A DNA stretch of 64,000 nt from Chlorokybus atmophyticus (taxonomy: Eukaryota > Plantae > Mesostigma and Chlorokybus algae), in assembly GCA_009103225.1 (NCBI GenBank), contig RHPI01000003.1, positions 62,001 to 126,000 of the forward strand, given 5' to 3'. Shown piece after piece: positions 37,035 to 49,528 of the stretch. The notes under the pieces were generated by a model that was not told the DNA's origin, searched no databases, and was given only the letters and a program-made list of their open reading frames with translations. The translations under genes were made by a program, and so were the position numbers. The stretch's first letter is position 1; the number at the start of each line of letters is the position of its first letter.

Positions 37035-39461
37035 TTACAAGACCTTCACACGCATTGCAAGCTGTGTCCTCCAGATCCATACTACCAAAAAAAATGCTGT
37101 CAGACACGCCGTCCACGCTGCCCAACCGGCATGAATGTAGCCGTTGATCGCGAGAGCTTGAGCCATTGCGGCAACTGCATTGCAGGTCAACGCACACGCG
37201 ATGGCCACTGTTGGCGAGTGCAGTCGTCTACCGTGAGCTGCACTTGAAGCAGAGAGCAACACTGCGGAACCGCCCACCTGCAATTACAAACGAAACCAGC
37301 TGTTGGGTTTGTCATAGACAACATGCACCCTATGATGGACCTTCCATCAGGCTTTGCAGTGACTTACCAAAGCATAAGCCATACAGGACCCCGCCATGGC
37401 ATCCCTGGCATGGAAGTAATACATTGCCTCGCATGCGTCTCTCTCACAACCCTCAACACCTGCCTCCCCTCTCTCACGCATGTCACGAGCTCTTGTTTGC
37501 AAGTAGGCAACACGCTCTGCCGCCTCTCTCCTCGTGCAATCTTGCAAGCTTGCTGAAGCACGTGCGGCTGCCCGCGCTATGTTGGGCATTGGCACTTCCA
37601 TTGAATGCAACTGCGCATGTTGAGGGTTGAAGCCACATGTGACACTACCAAAAGAGAGCGCACGCACCTTAACAATGTCACGTGCGGATGCATCAGGTGA
37701 CACAGATATGGCCGCTGCATTGTTCAGCTGCCAGGCGCGCTCTTGCCAGTTCCAAGTGCAAGTATCAGCGCTGACAACCTATATGAAGCGAAGCTGATGG
37801 AAATGCTTGACATCAGTGCAAGGTGACCGTATGCTTCTTTTCAATCAGCTTACCCTCAAGGGTTTGCCAGCGGGATCGCACTCGAGCATGCACAGACCAC
37901 GCATGCATCCGCCCTCAATCATGCGCGCATACCAAGCGCGCTGCAATGCGTGCGGGCCTCCCTTCACCTGCGCGAGGGCGTTATGTACCACTCCCCACGC
38001 CACGTGTACACATTGCGATTAGACGCGTTGCAAGTCGGCGGGCACAGCAACACGTGCCCGCGCATGGTACTCCGAGTACATGAAGTCCGGTCGCGGCTGC
38101 ATGGAATGCAGCTCTGTCGTCAAGGCGCTCTCAACCAGCTTCCTAGCTCTGCAGACAGAGCAATTGCAACCCTGATGTGTAACCGTGTTTGGTTGTCAAC
38201 TCTCACTTACCGCATGCTTGCATCTGGCACAAGCCACTCTGAGCAGCCCCATGCCATGCCAGCTGCTAGTACGCCCACAACACAGACAGGCACCATGAGG
38301 CGGGCGGGAGACACGCCCGCAGCAGCGAGCGCCCCCAACTCTCCATCCGCCTGCGTGTGAGCACGTCCTGTTAGCAACAGAGACTGACAGCCAACAAGCT
38401 GATTCCTGTTCTGTAGCTCGTCGTGCCTGCATGCGCGACAGTACGAACAGCACTGCTGCCATTGCTGAGTATGGCAGCGCTAGAGTGAAGAAACGCGGCG
38501 TTTGGAGGAGGGCTGCGCCCAAAGCCACACGAAGTGGAAGGCCTGCACATGCACGCACATTTGTGTGTTGTCAACAGCTTTCCTATTTACAAAAGTTACA
38601 TGCAAGAACATGCTAGTACAGGTTGCTTCCTTGACAACCATGCAGGAGTAAAGCCGCATGCACATGGCTACAGCATGCACATAGAAAAAGACATGCACTT
38701 CTGTGAACCCTGACAACTCTGAGTTACATGCAAAGAAAAAACAGGGAAGTGTGGTGGGCACAAGGTGCACGCATGGCTTAGCTCTCGTGTGAACGAGTCT
38801 GCGCACGCGCACTATGCAGCTTAACAAGAGCGTGTGGAACAAAGGCACGGCCATGAAAGCCACCTGAATGGCACACATGGCACACATGGGTTGATAACCG
38901 GGCAGCGCTGGGCTTATCATTGCCTGCAGCAACGCTGTTGTCACAATGCTGAGCGGACATTGCTAAGGCGGCAGTGCAATTGTCTTGCATTCAGCAAAAC
39001 ATTTCAGCTCAAGCACATGCGCGTGAGTTGCAAGCATTGGGCGCGTTTGCTGTGTAAGTCAAGGCAGTACCAGACACAACCACTTCGCGGGCAAGCTGAA
39101 CGAGGGCGCCAAGGGAGACGCCCAGTCCTGCAATGGCGCCGACGGCCAGGAGGAAGGGGCCTGCTGCTTCTTTCAGGAAGCAGCGGTCCAGGAGCGGGAT
39201 TGCCAGCTTTGTCGTCAGACTTCTCAACTTCGCTGTAGCGCTAAGCCGCAAGCTTGCATTGAGCCGGAAGCAGCGGACTAGTAGGCGGCGAGGAGGCAGC
39301 GGCGGCGAGCGGCAACGCAGACACTCTGGTCGAACCGGAAGCTGTGCCCGGTAGCATACCAACTGGCAACAACGCTCTGACAGAGCTCTTTTTAGCCACG
39401 TGGCGGCATTGCCCGGTGCGACCGCCGCCGTCATGCCTCTCCGCTCAGTCTCCCAGGCCAT
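37035..39461 (-). CDS. lptF: LptF/LptG (YjgP/YjgQ) family permease, cyanobacterial type, spliced, with transit-peptide-like leader
   Basis: Exons give IPLLDRCFLKEAAGPFLLAVGAIAGLGVSLGALVQLAREVVVS|GLPLRVALGAALLQTPRFFTLALPYSAMAAVLFVLSRMQ|ADGELGALAAAGVSPARLMVP..WGCSEWLVPDAS|..LQRAWYARMIEGGCMRGL..|VVSADTCTWNWQERAWQLNNA..|..MYYFHARDAMAGSCMAYAL|VG..GYIHAGWAAWTACL. These follow the cyanobacterial YjgP/Q order. ATG at 39461 or 39434. Confidence 0.85.
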
Positions 39462-39639
39462 AACAGTTCAGATCGGCGCAAGGGGCACAATCAGCACAAG
39501 CACTGCTTCAAAGCCGCTGCCCTGCTGACCGTTCGATCAACGCAAGCGCCTCGCATCCGTACTGTGCAACCCAGCGCTTATCGCCACCAGTCGTAGAGGA
39601 GTGGACCCAATATAATCTGGAGTTACATGCAATGTGCGC

Positions 39640-39836
39640 ATACCTTTCTCGGCCTTTTGGCTAAGATCAAGTGTAGTATCTGTTCTTATCAGCTTAATAT
39701 CTGATACGTGGCCCATCGGGTCACAATGATATTAAACTAATTTGTTTGGGTGGAGGTCTCATACGGGTGGGCTTGCTCACCCGAGGCCTCCGGCGTCGCC
39801 TCAGCATTGCACTGCCGCAGAGGATGGCGCAGCCCA
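39640..39836 (+). ncRNA. U2: U2 spliceosomal snRNA
   Basis: atacctttctcggccttttggctaagatcaagtgtagtatctgttcttatcagcttaatatctgatacg..., branch-point recognition GTAGTA, Sm-like aatttgtttg, 3' attgcac stem-loop; ~197 nt; TATA-like tataat about 30 nt upstream. Confidence 0.97.
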
Positions 39837-41225
39837 CCCCTTCCGGGGACCACCACAACCACCCACCCACACGCAACGCACACACTATCAACACAATGTC
39901 AGTACACACTCATCAACAACGCACCTCCACAAACACACATGCCACACCTTCACCCGCTCGCATACTTGGCGTAGGCACCCACATCAACACCCACCAACAA
40001 CGCACCACCACAAACACACATGCCCATCCCACACCTTCACCCACTCGCATAAGCGGCGCATGCACCTACATTATCGTGCTAATGCCATGCATGTAAGTTC
40101 ACCAAAGATTACACGCGCTTGATATAGCTTTTGCACCAGATCCTCGTGCCAACTACACGCATACCTCCCTTTATGGTATCCAATGTGTGGCGCTTGCGCT
40201 TCGTGCATACCAGTTGTAGCAATCGTTGCCCCCACCTGCCGCTGCTACATTCTGTTGAAGTATTGTGCACGTGCATGTTTGGTGGTGAATGTTGGCATGT
40301 GCATTGCGTTTCACAATATTTGTAAATTGTTAACGACTACCTCATTAGCTTCACTACTGCACTGACCCCCGCTAGACAAGCATGCATGCATGTTGAGTCA
40401 CTTGTGCATGTGCCTTGGTCAGCGGCCAGCATCTTCTTAGCATGAGCGTCAGCAAACAGCCGAGGTGCACTTCCCCTCCCCCCGCCTCCATCCCCTCGGC
40501 CGTCATCCGTCTCCCTTGCCACTTCCGTCTGTGTATTGTGTTGTTGGTTACTGTATCTAATCTTATTCTATACACTATGCGTCTCCTCCTGCTTTGCTCT
40601 ACTCTCCTTTCCTTGTATGTGCATACATAGCATGTTATTTAGATTTGGTACAAATTACGGAATACGTGTATATGCATATACTTGCGAGGTAATGATATAG
40701 CTGATTCAAGTAACTGGACCAGTGTACAAACAACAGAGTGTTATCATGGATTCCTATACAATGCGTCATGCAACTGCGTATGCATAGACCATGCATTATG
40801 TGATAGAGAGTACTGTAGCTCCGTTGCATGCAGTAATGCACCTTTCTAATTTATTTGAAGGGGCCGCAAACTACCCAACTGACATCACATGGGGAATCCC
40901 GGTAGGGATGCCAAGTGTGTGCATAGGTAATGCAGCGGCTGTCCATGCCTGCCCGGTATAATTACGCTGGCTACCTGCAACTCAAATGAGTGGCCTCAAA
41001 TGGTTGGGCATACAAATTGTGCTTGCATGATTTACTGTAGGTGCAGAACCTGCTGTAGCAGTCGAGCTGTTCTACCATTGAGTCGACTAAAACACATACT
41101 GTACATTACTGCAGTTAGCATGGTCCCTGCAGAGGGCCAATTCGTACATACACCTTCTCGCGTGCAGCATGAAGGGTGGAGTAAAAGGGAACGTTGATAG
41201 AGTTTACCGGTGCGTTCAGGATGTG

Positions 41226-43021
41226 TTACGAAAGGGTGAAGAGCAGCTGCGCATACGCGACGGTGATGAGCAACGCGATGCCTGCGAGCCAACCAGCTGG
41301 GTACGCTCTCCCAGTCTTTATGAAGACGCTACCAACAGCACCCAGCACTGTTCCCGAAGCACCTGTCCAAGAAACAAAAGAGCAGCTCGCCTGTCAAGAC
41401 ACAACTTGCAGTCCGTCCATTCAGTGAAACACAATGGCGTCATACCTAATGCAAGCTGCGATGCCAACAATGGATTTAGTGGAAAGTTTGCTGCTGAGTA
41501 TAGCAGGATGGCGGACACCGCCAGCGCAAGGGACAGCCACGTCAAGCTGCCCTCTCTCATCCACGCTGTGATGCCGCCGGCAGCCATGATGGCCGCATAC
41601 AGCGCAGTCAGCGCCTGCGCCGCATCTTGAGCAGCAGACTTCTTACCGCTTCGACCATCGCCACTGCTGTGAAGGTCAACCACAGGGAATGCACAGGTCA
41701 GGCTGCTGCATACTATCCGCAATGATGTGCAAATAGCCACTCATGGCATGACTGACAAACCTCAAGCACGATATCTGTGCACAATGACCAACTCAGCACC
41801 GAACATGGACATCACTTCATTCTCCACATTCACCACAGACGGCTTGTAAAGTAAGTGACAAAAGCCGTTGTACCCATTTACAGCTGTGGCACTGAATGCA
41901 GACTTGGAAGACATCAACGCTAGTTAACATTATTGGCGACGATTGACGGTTTCAATACCGAGTATGCAGTACGTAGTTCTGCCAGTGTTGGGTATGCATG
42001 TGCGCATACCTTGCATCCCCCCAACCATCTCCTCCGCCACCCCCGCCTCCACCCCTGCCGCTGATTCCATTGCCACCACCGCTGTCATCTAGGTTGACCT
42101 CGCCTGTCCACACATGCTCTGGTCTCGCTTGGTCGGGCGCCTCACCTGCACCAACGCATGTTGGCTTATATTTGAGGGTGTAATAAAAAGTCTACTTGCT
42201 TTGTAACTTGATGCCTACGTGACAGGCCTGCGCATGGATGCAGGCTGTAACATGTAGTATGTTCAAGTGCACAGGCCACACATGCAAGCAGCCAAGAGTG
42301 CAATGCGCCCCAGCCCATAGGACCATACATGCACAAAATACATGGCAACATACAGATTCATGCATGACGTACAAGCCAGCGACACGCAAAGTCAGCACAT
42401 GTGCCACTGGCGTAATGTGTAACTGGCTACGTTCACAGCATGCTTGCGGTCGTAAGTTCAGAGCATACATACGTGCATATTGTGAATGTGTATAGCTTTC
42501 AAGATGTGACCTCAACCAGAGCAGCCTTTCAGCAATGTTGCATGTCGGCGAGTAGCTGTCGTGCATGTAAGCATGCTGTGAACGTAGCCTTTCAGATGTG
42601 ACCCCAACCAAGGCAACGCTGCATGCTTCAGAGAGAGTAGATTAACCTTCAGGCTCGCACCTAAAGGATCAACCCGGCGCTCAGCGAGGGCAGCGCCGCC
42701 GCCCGAGCTGCGATCCGCATAGGCGGCCGGCGGCGAGTGGCCATACTGGTAAGGGGCGGCGTAGATGACCGGGGAGGTGTAGTCCTTCGGGGAGCGGTAG
42801 TCCCGAGGCGCCCCGTACTGCCAGGCCAGGCCTGAGCACACGGCCGAGGCGACCACGGCCTGGTGCCGACGACCGCCGCACAGAAGGCGCTGCCTGGGCG
42901 GAGCTTTCCAGCAGGCCGGCGACCCAGGCCGGGAAGCAGCCGATCCATGCCTCCGCCTCGGTGCGCTGACCACGCCTCTTCCCAGCACCGTTGCCGCCCC
43001 GGCCAGCGCCGCCGCCGCCAT
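41226..43021 (-). CDS. FAX: FAX (fatty acid export)/TMEM14 family plastid envelope protein
   Basis: Transit-peptide-like MAAAALAGAATVLGRGVVSAPRRR..., Gly-rich linker exon (DDSGGGNGISGRGGGGGGGGDGWG), TMEM14 core LYAAIMAAGGITAWMREGSLTWLSLAL...|GASGTVLGAVGSVFIKTGRAYPAGWLAGIALLITVAY..*. Confidence 0.8.
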
Positions 43022-43174
43022 GAGCGGCGGCCACGCTCGCTCCCCACACGTCTGCGCCAGGTCAGGCTTGCTGTTTGTTGCGCAACTTGAGCAGTCGAGT
43101 GTGGCCAGGCTAGACCAGGCCAGGCCAAAACGAGGAAACCCTAGCTCAGGGCGGGCCGGGCGGAGTGGGCGAGC

Positions 43175-46100
43175 ATGAGGAGGGCGCGGCGGCGACGGTT
43201 CACGCCGCTGCTGCTGGATGAAGGCGAAGACCACGAAACGGACGTCGCTGCCTCCTGCCTTGCTGGCGAGGAGCAGCAGGAGAATTCCAGCAGCCAGCCA
43301 GTGAGGTGCCTACAACGACTCCTACAGTCACTGCTGCTTGCTTTTTTGTGCAATGCAAGATGACAGTGCATGACAGTGCATGCCAATGGGCTTTCGCCTG
43401 CGATCTGTCTTTGCTTGCACCTTGTTTATCCATCTCCCCCACAATGTGCATTATGGTTGGCATGCTGGTTGGTGCGTGCTCTCCACATATGCGCTGCATG
43501 TCAGTGCAAGCAAGACTTACAAACTTGCTGCTTGTGTGCAATGCTGCTCGTTTCCAGCTGGTGTCTGCAGCTGGATGTTGTGTGCACCGATGTGTTGTGT
43601 GCTTTGTGTTTATGTGACTGCATTTGTTGCGCATGCGCAGGGGCCGATTGTGGTTGAACACTGCAAGTCTAGTGTGGGAGCCTGATGACTTCAGCTACCC
43701 GGTCACGCGCATACCGTTTGCGCACACAAAGGAGCTCAAGGCAGTGCGCGCGGCCGGCTTGAATGCATTGGCACCGTCGTCGGCATTCACAATCAGCGCA
43801 ACTCGCGCTGCGCGCATGCGGCATGACGGCGCCGACGTGCCCTACGTCATTAAGAAGGGCTCGCAGGAATGGAGGTTCAGCCTGGAGTACGCATCGCTCG
43901 ACCAGGTATGTTCACTACTGCACAAATGGTGTGGTTGCATGCTTTTGGGTTGTAGTGTATTGTGAGGTGTGGTAGCTGTCGGACTGCGAGTGCATGAGTG
44001 GCTGCTTCTGTGCTCATGAGGGAAACCACACTGCAAACTATTACATGATTTACATACCACGCAGTACTTTGCTTCTGTGCAGTATGTTGACAGTCCTTTG
44101 GTTGTTTTGTCAGCTGGTGACTGATTGAAATGCGTCGTGCAATGCGTGGTTGTACTTAACGACTATCAGTTCATTGGCAGGGCACGTGAGCTATGGCGCG
44201 TGGGCCAACTGCCCTATGCACAACGAGAGGCAGAACTCAATGCTCTCAAAAAGCAACGTGAGGTATGTGCTGGCCATGATGTATGTTCTGTATCGTACGT
44301 ACGCCTGGTGTGCAATTTCGGTGTCTTCCAGTAACAGATTTTGTAGAAAGAGCGTAATGGAAGTCCGTTGCGTACCCTGTGCGCATGAAAGTTCTGTGCC
44401 TGCTCAGTAATGTCAATGTGCGTGCGTGCTTGCATGTACGCACGCATGCGTGTGCGTGTCTTTAACTTGACTTGGTGTGCGCTGAGTGGTGTGCCTTGCG
44501 GAGGTGATGTATCTAAATGCCACACTATGGTGATGTGTCCAACAGGATGCTGCGGCCTTTGATACGTCTCACTTGCGAACTCTGTCAGAACGAATACTGG
44601 CAGACCTGCCTGCGGCTCATGTGAGTGACAACGCTGCAAGTGGTTGTTGAAGTGGTGAAACTAATATGTACACTCTCCATGTCAATTTTCCAGTGCTGTA
44701 CTGATGTCTTTCAGCACACTCTACCTGACGGATGTTGTGGTACAGGTTACACCGTTAATCAAGGAGCCTGGCCGGTTGGTTGTCACACAGGCCAACGTGT
44801 ATTTTCAGGTGTGTGCCTTGTCATGCTGTTGTTGTTAGTGTACCAACACATCTCATGTCATAACGGCACTGTTGTCCTCAGCCGCTTCATGCTCTGGCCC
44901 AGCCAGTGCTTCACCAGCCCATGCAGTCCATCGCAGCAGTTGCGCGCCGGCGGCATGCTCTGCGCCCGCTCGGACTTGAGCTGTTCTTCAGCGATAAGGT
45001 AGCTGTTGTAGCCCAGTTGTGTTGTTGCCATCGCTGATTGACTGCAGTACGCGCAGCCATGGCCCTCTGATTTCCCGGCTGGAGGCGCGTCCGCGTTCTT
45101 TGCGTTTAGGAGCGAAGCTGTTCGAGAGACTGCCATGGCCGCGCTGGTCAGTGCAGTGCCAGTGAATGCTGCCGCAGCCGGTAAACCATGTGTATGATCA
45201 GTCATACTGTAGGGTGGTGCACATACCATCAACCCTCTGCGTGCATGCGTGCATGTGATGGGCCATGCACAGGCTCTGGACACCAAGGTGCTGCTGGGCA
45301 ATTGTTAACCTGGCATGGTAACCATAGGGTCCCTGCTGGAGCCGGACAGCGGCTGGTTGAAGAAAGTTGCCGCGGCCTGGTGCGATGGCAGGCTGACCAA
45401 CCGAGACTACCTGCTCTTTCTCAATCTGGCTGCGGGCCGAAGTTTTTGCGACCTGGCACTGTGGCCTGTGATGCCCTGGGTACGGACTGTTCAGACATTT
45501 GTCGCATTGGCTGAAATCAACTGTCAGCATGCTTCTGATTTCTTAGCCATATGCTACAGGTGTTGTTGGACTACACAAGCAGTAGCGCGGACTTGACCAA
45601 CCCAAAGTCGTTTCGCGACTTGAGTAAGCCGATAGGTGCACTGAACCCTACACGCCTCGCCCTATTGAAAGAGCGCTATGAGCAGATGGTACAGACTGAG
45701 CAACTGGACAGCAGTTGCCGCCTGTGTTTGCATGGCAGTTGTGTACACCCAAGTTCACTTGCGTGCACAACAGTTTGAAACTTGCATACACAGAAGCAAG
45801 CCATCCGCAAGGATCCAACGTCACAGCCTCCTTTCATGTACGGCACGCATTACAGCGCCCCCGGTTACGTCCTCTTTTGGCTTGTCCGCTCCGCACCCGC
45901 CCATGCCCTGCGCCTTGGCGGTGGCAAGTTTGATGTCGCAGAACGAGCATTTGGCGATGCGGCTCATGTGTGGAGGTTGGTTGCTATTTGCTTGTCATTG
46001 CATCGGGGGATGGGGCAAGCAATATCGAGAGCACTGTTTTGGTGGCCTTCAGTGTGTTGAATGGAACACGTGATACTGTTGCTGTGGGAGATGACACTTT

Positions 46101-49100
46101 ATGGCCGCTGCGCAACTTGTCTTCAAATTTTGACATATGCATTGTAAAGACTGTGCAAGCTGGCAACTTACTATCAACGCCTTTCTTGCGCAGGTCTGTT
46201 CTTGAGAACCCTGCAGATGTCAAGGAGCTCATCCCCGAGTTCTACTCTGGTTCAGGAGATTTTTTACTGAACACGAGAGGGCTCGCATTAGGCAAGCACC
46301 AGTTAGAGCAACCGACACATCAATGCAGAGTTGGATAAATGATCTGCATGCACTCAAACCTGCTGACCCTGTGCAGGTTCTAAGCAGGGAGGGGAGACCC
46401 TAAATGATGTCACCTTGCCTGCTTGGGCTCCGAGCCCAAAAGCATTCATCAACATGCAGCGCAAGGCGCTGGAGTCCGGGCACGTGTCAGCCAACTTGCA
46501 TCACTGGATTGACCTCATCTTTGGGTACAAGCAGCGAGGTCTGAGGAGTGCCAAACACTGCAATACTGCACTTTGTAGCCATCATAAAGCTATTCAGTGC
46601 CTGTTGCCAAGCACAGTTCTGGACCTGGTGGTTTGATTTGTATGTTAATGTGCAGTGCCGTTACAACAGTGTATGATGTGTAATCGCACTCCAGAGTGAC
46701 CAGCAAACGCATGGGCACGCAGGTGAGGCTGCCGAGGCCGCTAACAACGTGTTCGTCCACTTGACATACGATGGCGCCGTTGACATCGATTCTGTGCGCG
46801 ATCCAGTTGAGCGAGCTGGACTTGAGGCCCAGGCAGGTGCAGCATTCAGTTGCATGTGTCACAGCTGCTGCTGCAGCCCAATCCAGCTCTATGAAGCGCT
46901 ACGTAGTTGGTGATGAGTGGTTGTCTGCATACAGATCAATGAGTTTGGTCAGACTCCAAGGCAGCTCTTCTTTACAGCTCACGCGCCTCGTCTGAGGCAG
47001 TCAGAAGCGACTGGTAATGTCTACAGGCTGAGTGATGTCCGCCGTACTGGTTGCCTGTTTGGGGCTACGTGCATTGTAATTAGGACCTGCGTACACCGTT
47101 GTCCAACCTCAGTTACGCTTTGCAGCTGAAGACTGCTCGCAAGAAGAGGACACGACACTTGGCCTCATTGCACGCGTGGTTGCAGCCACAGGGGCTGACT
47201 TGTCAACACCACCAGCGGTAAGGCTGGGTTGTAGTGCAAGTTTTCGTGCTGGACGGTGTTGGTAAACAGCCATGCAAGATGCTAGGAGTTGTGTATAATT
47301 ATAAAGTCAACCACATGAACAGCATTTTTAAAATGAGGAAATCAGGCGAATCAATGCATTGCATCTATAGGACTTAGAATGCCGTTATCATTATAGGCGT
47401 CATCACTTGATAACGGCCCTTCATCAAACTCTACTGCTTCCGCATCCGCGGAAAGTAGTAAACCAGTGGGTGCAGCTGGCATAAAGCGTCCGCTCAGCGA
47501 TCAGCTTTGGCAACAGCTTCTTCGAGGCAACCACAGGTGAGTACCGCCGTGATGCTCTCGACTACAGGTGACAATGCAAAGCAGCACACACGTGATGCCT
47601 ATGTTTCCGCAGGGCAGTGAGGTTGCATCGCGAGACTGTCAGTGGGGTGCAAGTTGTGGGGGACGAGTTGTACACATGCGGACACGACGCCTTCTTGAAA
47701 GTGTATTCTCTCACAAGCAACACACAAGTGGGTTTGCAGAGGCTCTTGCTCTGTATGTGACTGACTTCCATTCCACAAAGCAACCACGCAGTTTCAAGAA
47801 ATTTGTGGTGTCGCAACAGGTGAGAGCAGGAAGAGTGGGTGAGCTACCGCTATCATCTCTGGCAGTCTCTACAAGCGATGAGTCAAAGGCAGAGTTGGTG
47901 TGGCTCGCCTCCTATGACAACAGCATGTAAGTGTACGCATGCAGTGCTCTGGGCTTGATGGCTGCTTGCTGATAGCGTCTTGGCAGTTATGCGTATTCCA
48001 GTGTATATGGACGAGTTGTGGGCTCCCTGCAAGCACATGATGCGGCGGTGTCACGTGTCGTGCTAACTGACAGGTTGAGGACTATCAAGATTTACACAAG
48101 CATGCTGTGTTGCATGCGTCGATTGACTGAATGCTGGTGTGTTGGTTAGTCAGCTGTTTTCGGCCTCATGGGATGCAACAGTAAAGGCATGGGACACATC
48201 TACAACCGGAATGGGAGCCCGCTTGCCGACACACGTACGTTACCATATGCTGTATTACAGACCACCGCAAATAGGCACACCTTTGGATGTATCCAACTTT
48301 GGTACACAGGAAATGGCAGAGCATGAGTCGATGGTGGTTAGCTTAGACGCCACAACCAATGGGTCATGGGTGCTGTCAGGTATGCTCTCTCACACGTCAA
48401 CGCTCACATGGGAGCAAGACGGTTGTCCGTGATCCCCAAAGGGTGTAGCACTGTTGTGGTTTACACATGAATATGCTGCTGATCCTGTTGCATTACTGTG
48501 TGCTGTGCTGTGCTGTGCTGTGCTGTTGCGCGTCTTGCAGGTGTTGACATGTGTACATGTTATTGCATGTGTAGGGTCAGAAGAGGGTGTGGTGATCGCA
48601 TGGGATCCGCGAAGCGCTCATTCCTCATGGATAGCAAATGTTGGAGACGGTGCATGCGTATCGGACCTTTCAATCACGCAGGACGAGCGCTATGCTGTCA
48701 CCGCAGGTACTTGCTGCCATTCATTCCGTTGGTTTCACTCATGCGTCACGGACTTGTACACCAGTGCAGCTCGCACCATTTGTCATGGGCTGGTGCAGTC
48801 CTGGGGTGCGTGCGTGCGTGCAGTAGCCATGTATGTTTATAGAGGCATGCTTTGTGATGGATAAGTCAATTACACTATTGGCCTTGGATCAATGTCACGA
48901 GTTTGCCAAATTTGTGCTGTCAGACTTGCGTACATCATGCACGCATTGTTCTGGTATAAACCAAGGCAGGTGCCACATGGTTGTCAGCTTTCTCACCTGC
49001 ATGTGCGACAGCCAGCCCAGTGTTGAACTGAATGAACTCTTGTGCTGCTCATACACACTTTAGCATTTTTCGCTGCAGGCGGTGATGGTATGTTGAGACT

Positions 49101-49528
49101 GCTGGACCTGCGCACGAGCGGTGCTGAGCTTTCATCAATGGACTGCGAGGACCCGCTTAAGAGCTGCGCGACGGATGGACGCTGCGGCTTCGCTGGAAGG
49201 TGTGTCAGACCACTTAATTTGTTTCACTGTGTGCACACACTTGCAGTCACATTTTACAACTCGTTCACTTCTGTCATCTGCGGGTATTCATCCTTGTGTG
49301 GGTTCTGTGTTGTGCAGTGATGCAGGGAGGATACATTGGTGGCCAATGTGGCGCAGTCATAGCAGCAGCGCGTCCGACATTGAGTGGAGCGAGGAAGAGG
49401 TCCCAAAGTACAAGGACACTGGTTCAGCCAGTCCTGTAACGTCGATCATGGTTGCTGCGGCAGAGAGTGGCGATTGCATGCTGGTGGGAGGTGCTGATGG
49501 GCAAGTGCGGATATACATGGCATCTTGA
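43175..49528 (+). CDS. BEACH-WD40 protein, FAN/NSMAF-like architecture (N-terminal GRAM/PH-like region, BEACH, WD40), about 20 exons
   Basis: [28 protein letters not shown]; BEACH: [92 protein letters not shown]; WD40: [38 protein letters not shown]. Confidence 0.92.

Noticed and set aside
37035-39461. Bacterial contamination as the source of lptF
   Set aside because: The gene is split by several host-style GT/AG introns and sits contiguous with U2 snRNA and other spliced genes.
40337-40522. Extra Gly-rich FAX exon or paralog
   Set aside because: FAX already ends at TAA 41226; this short G-rich ORF has no TMEM14 motif.
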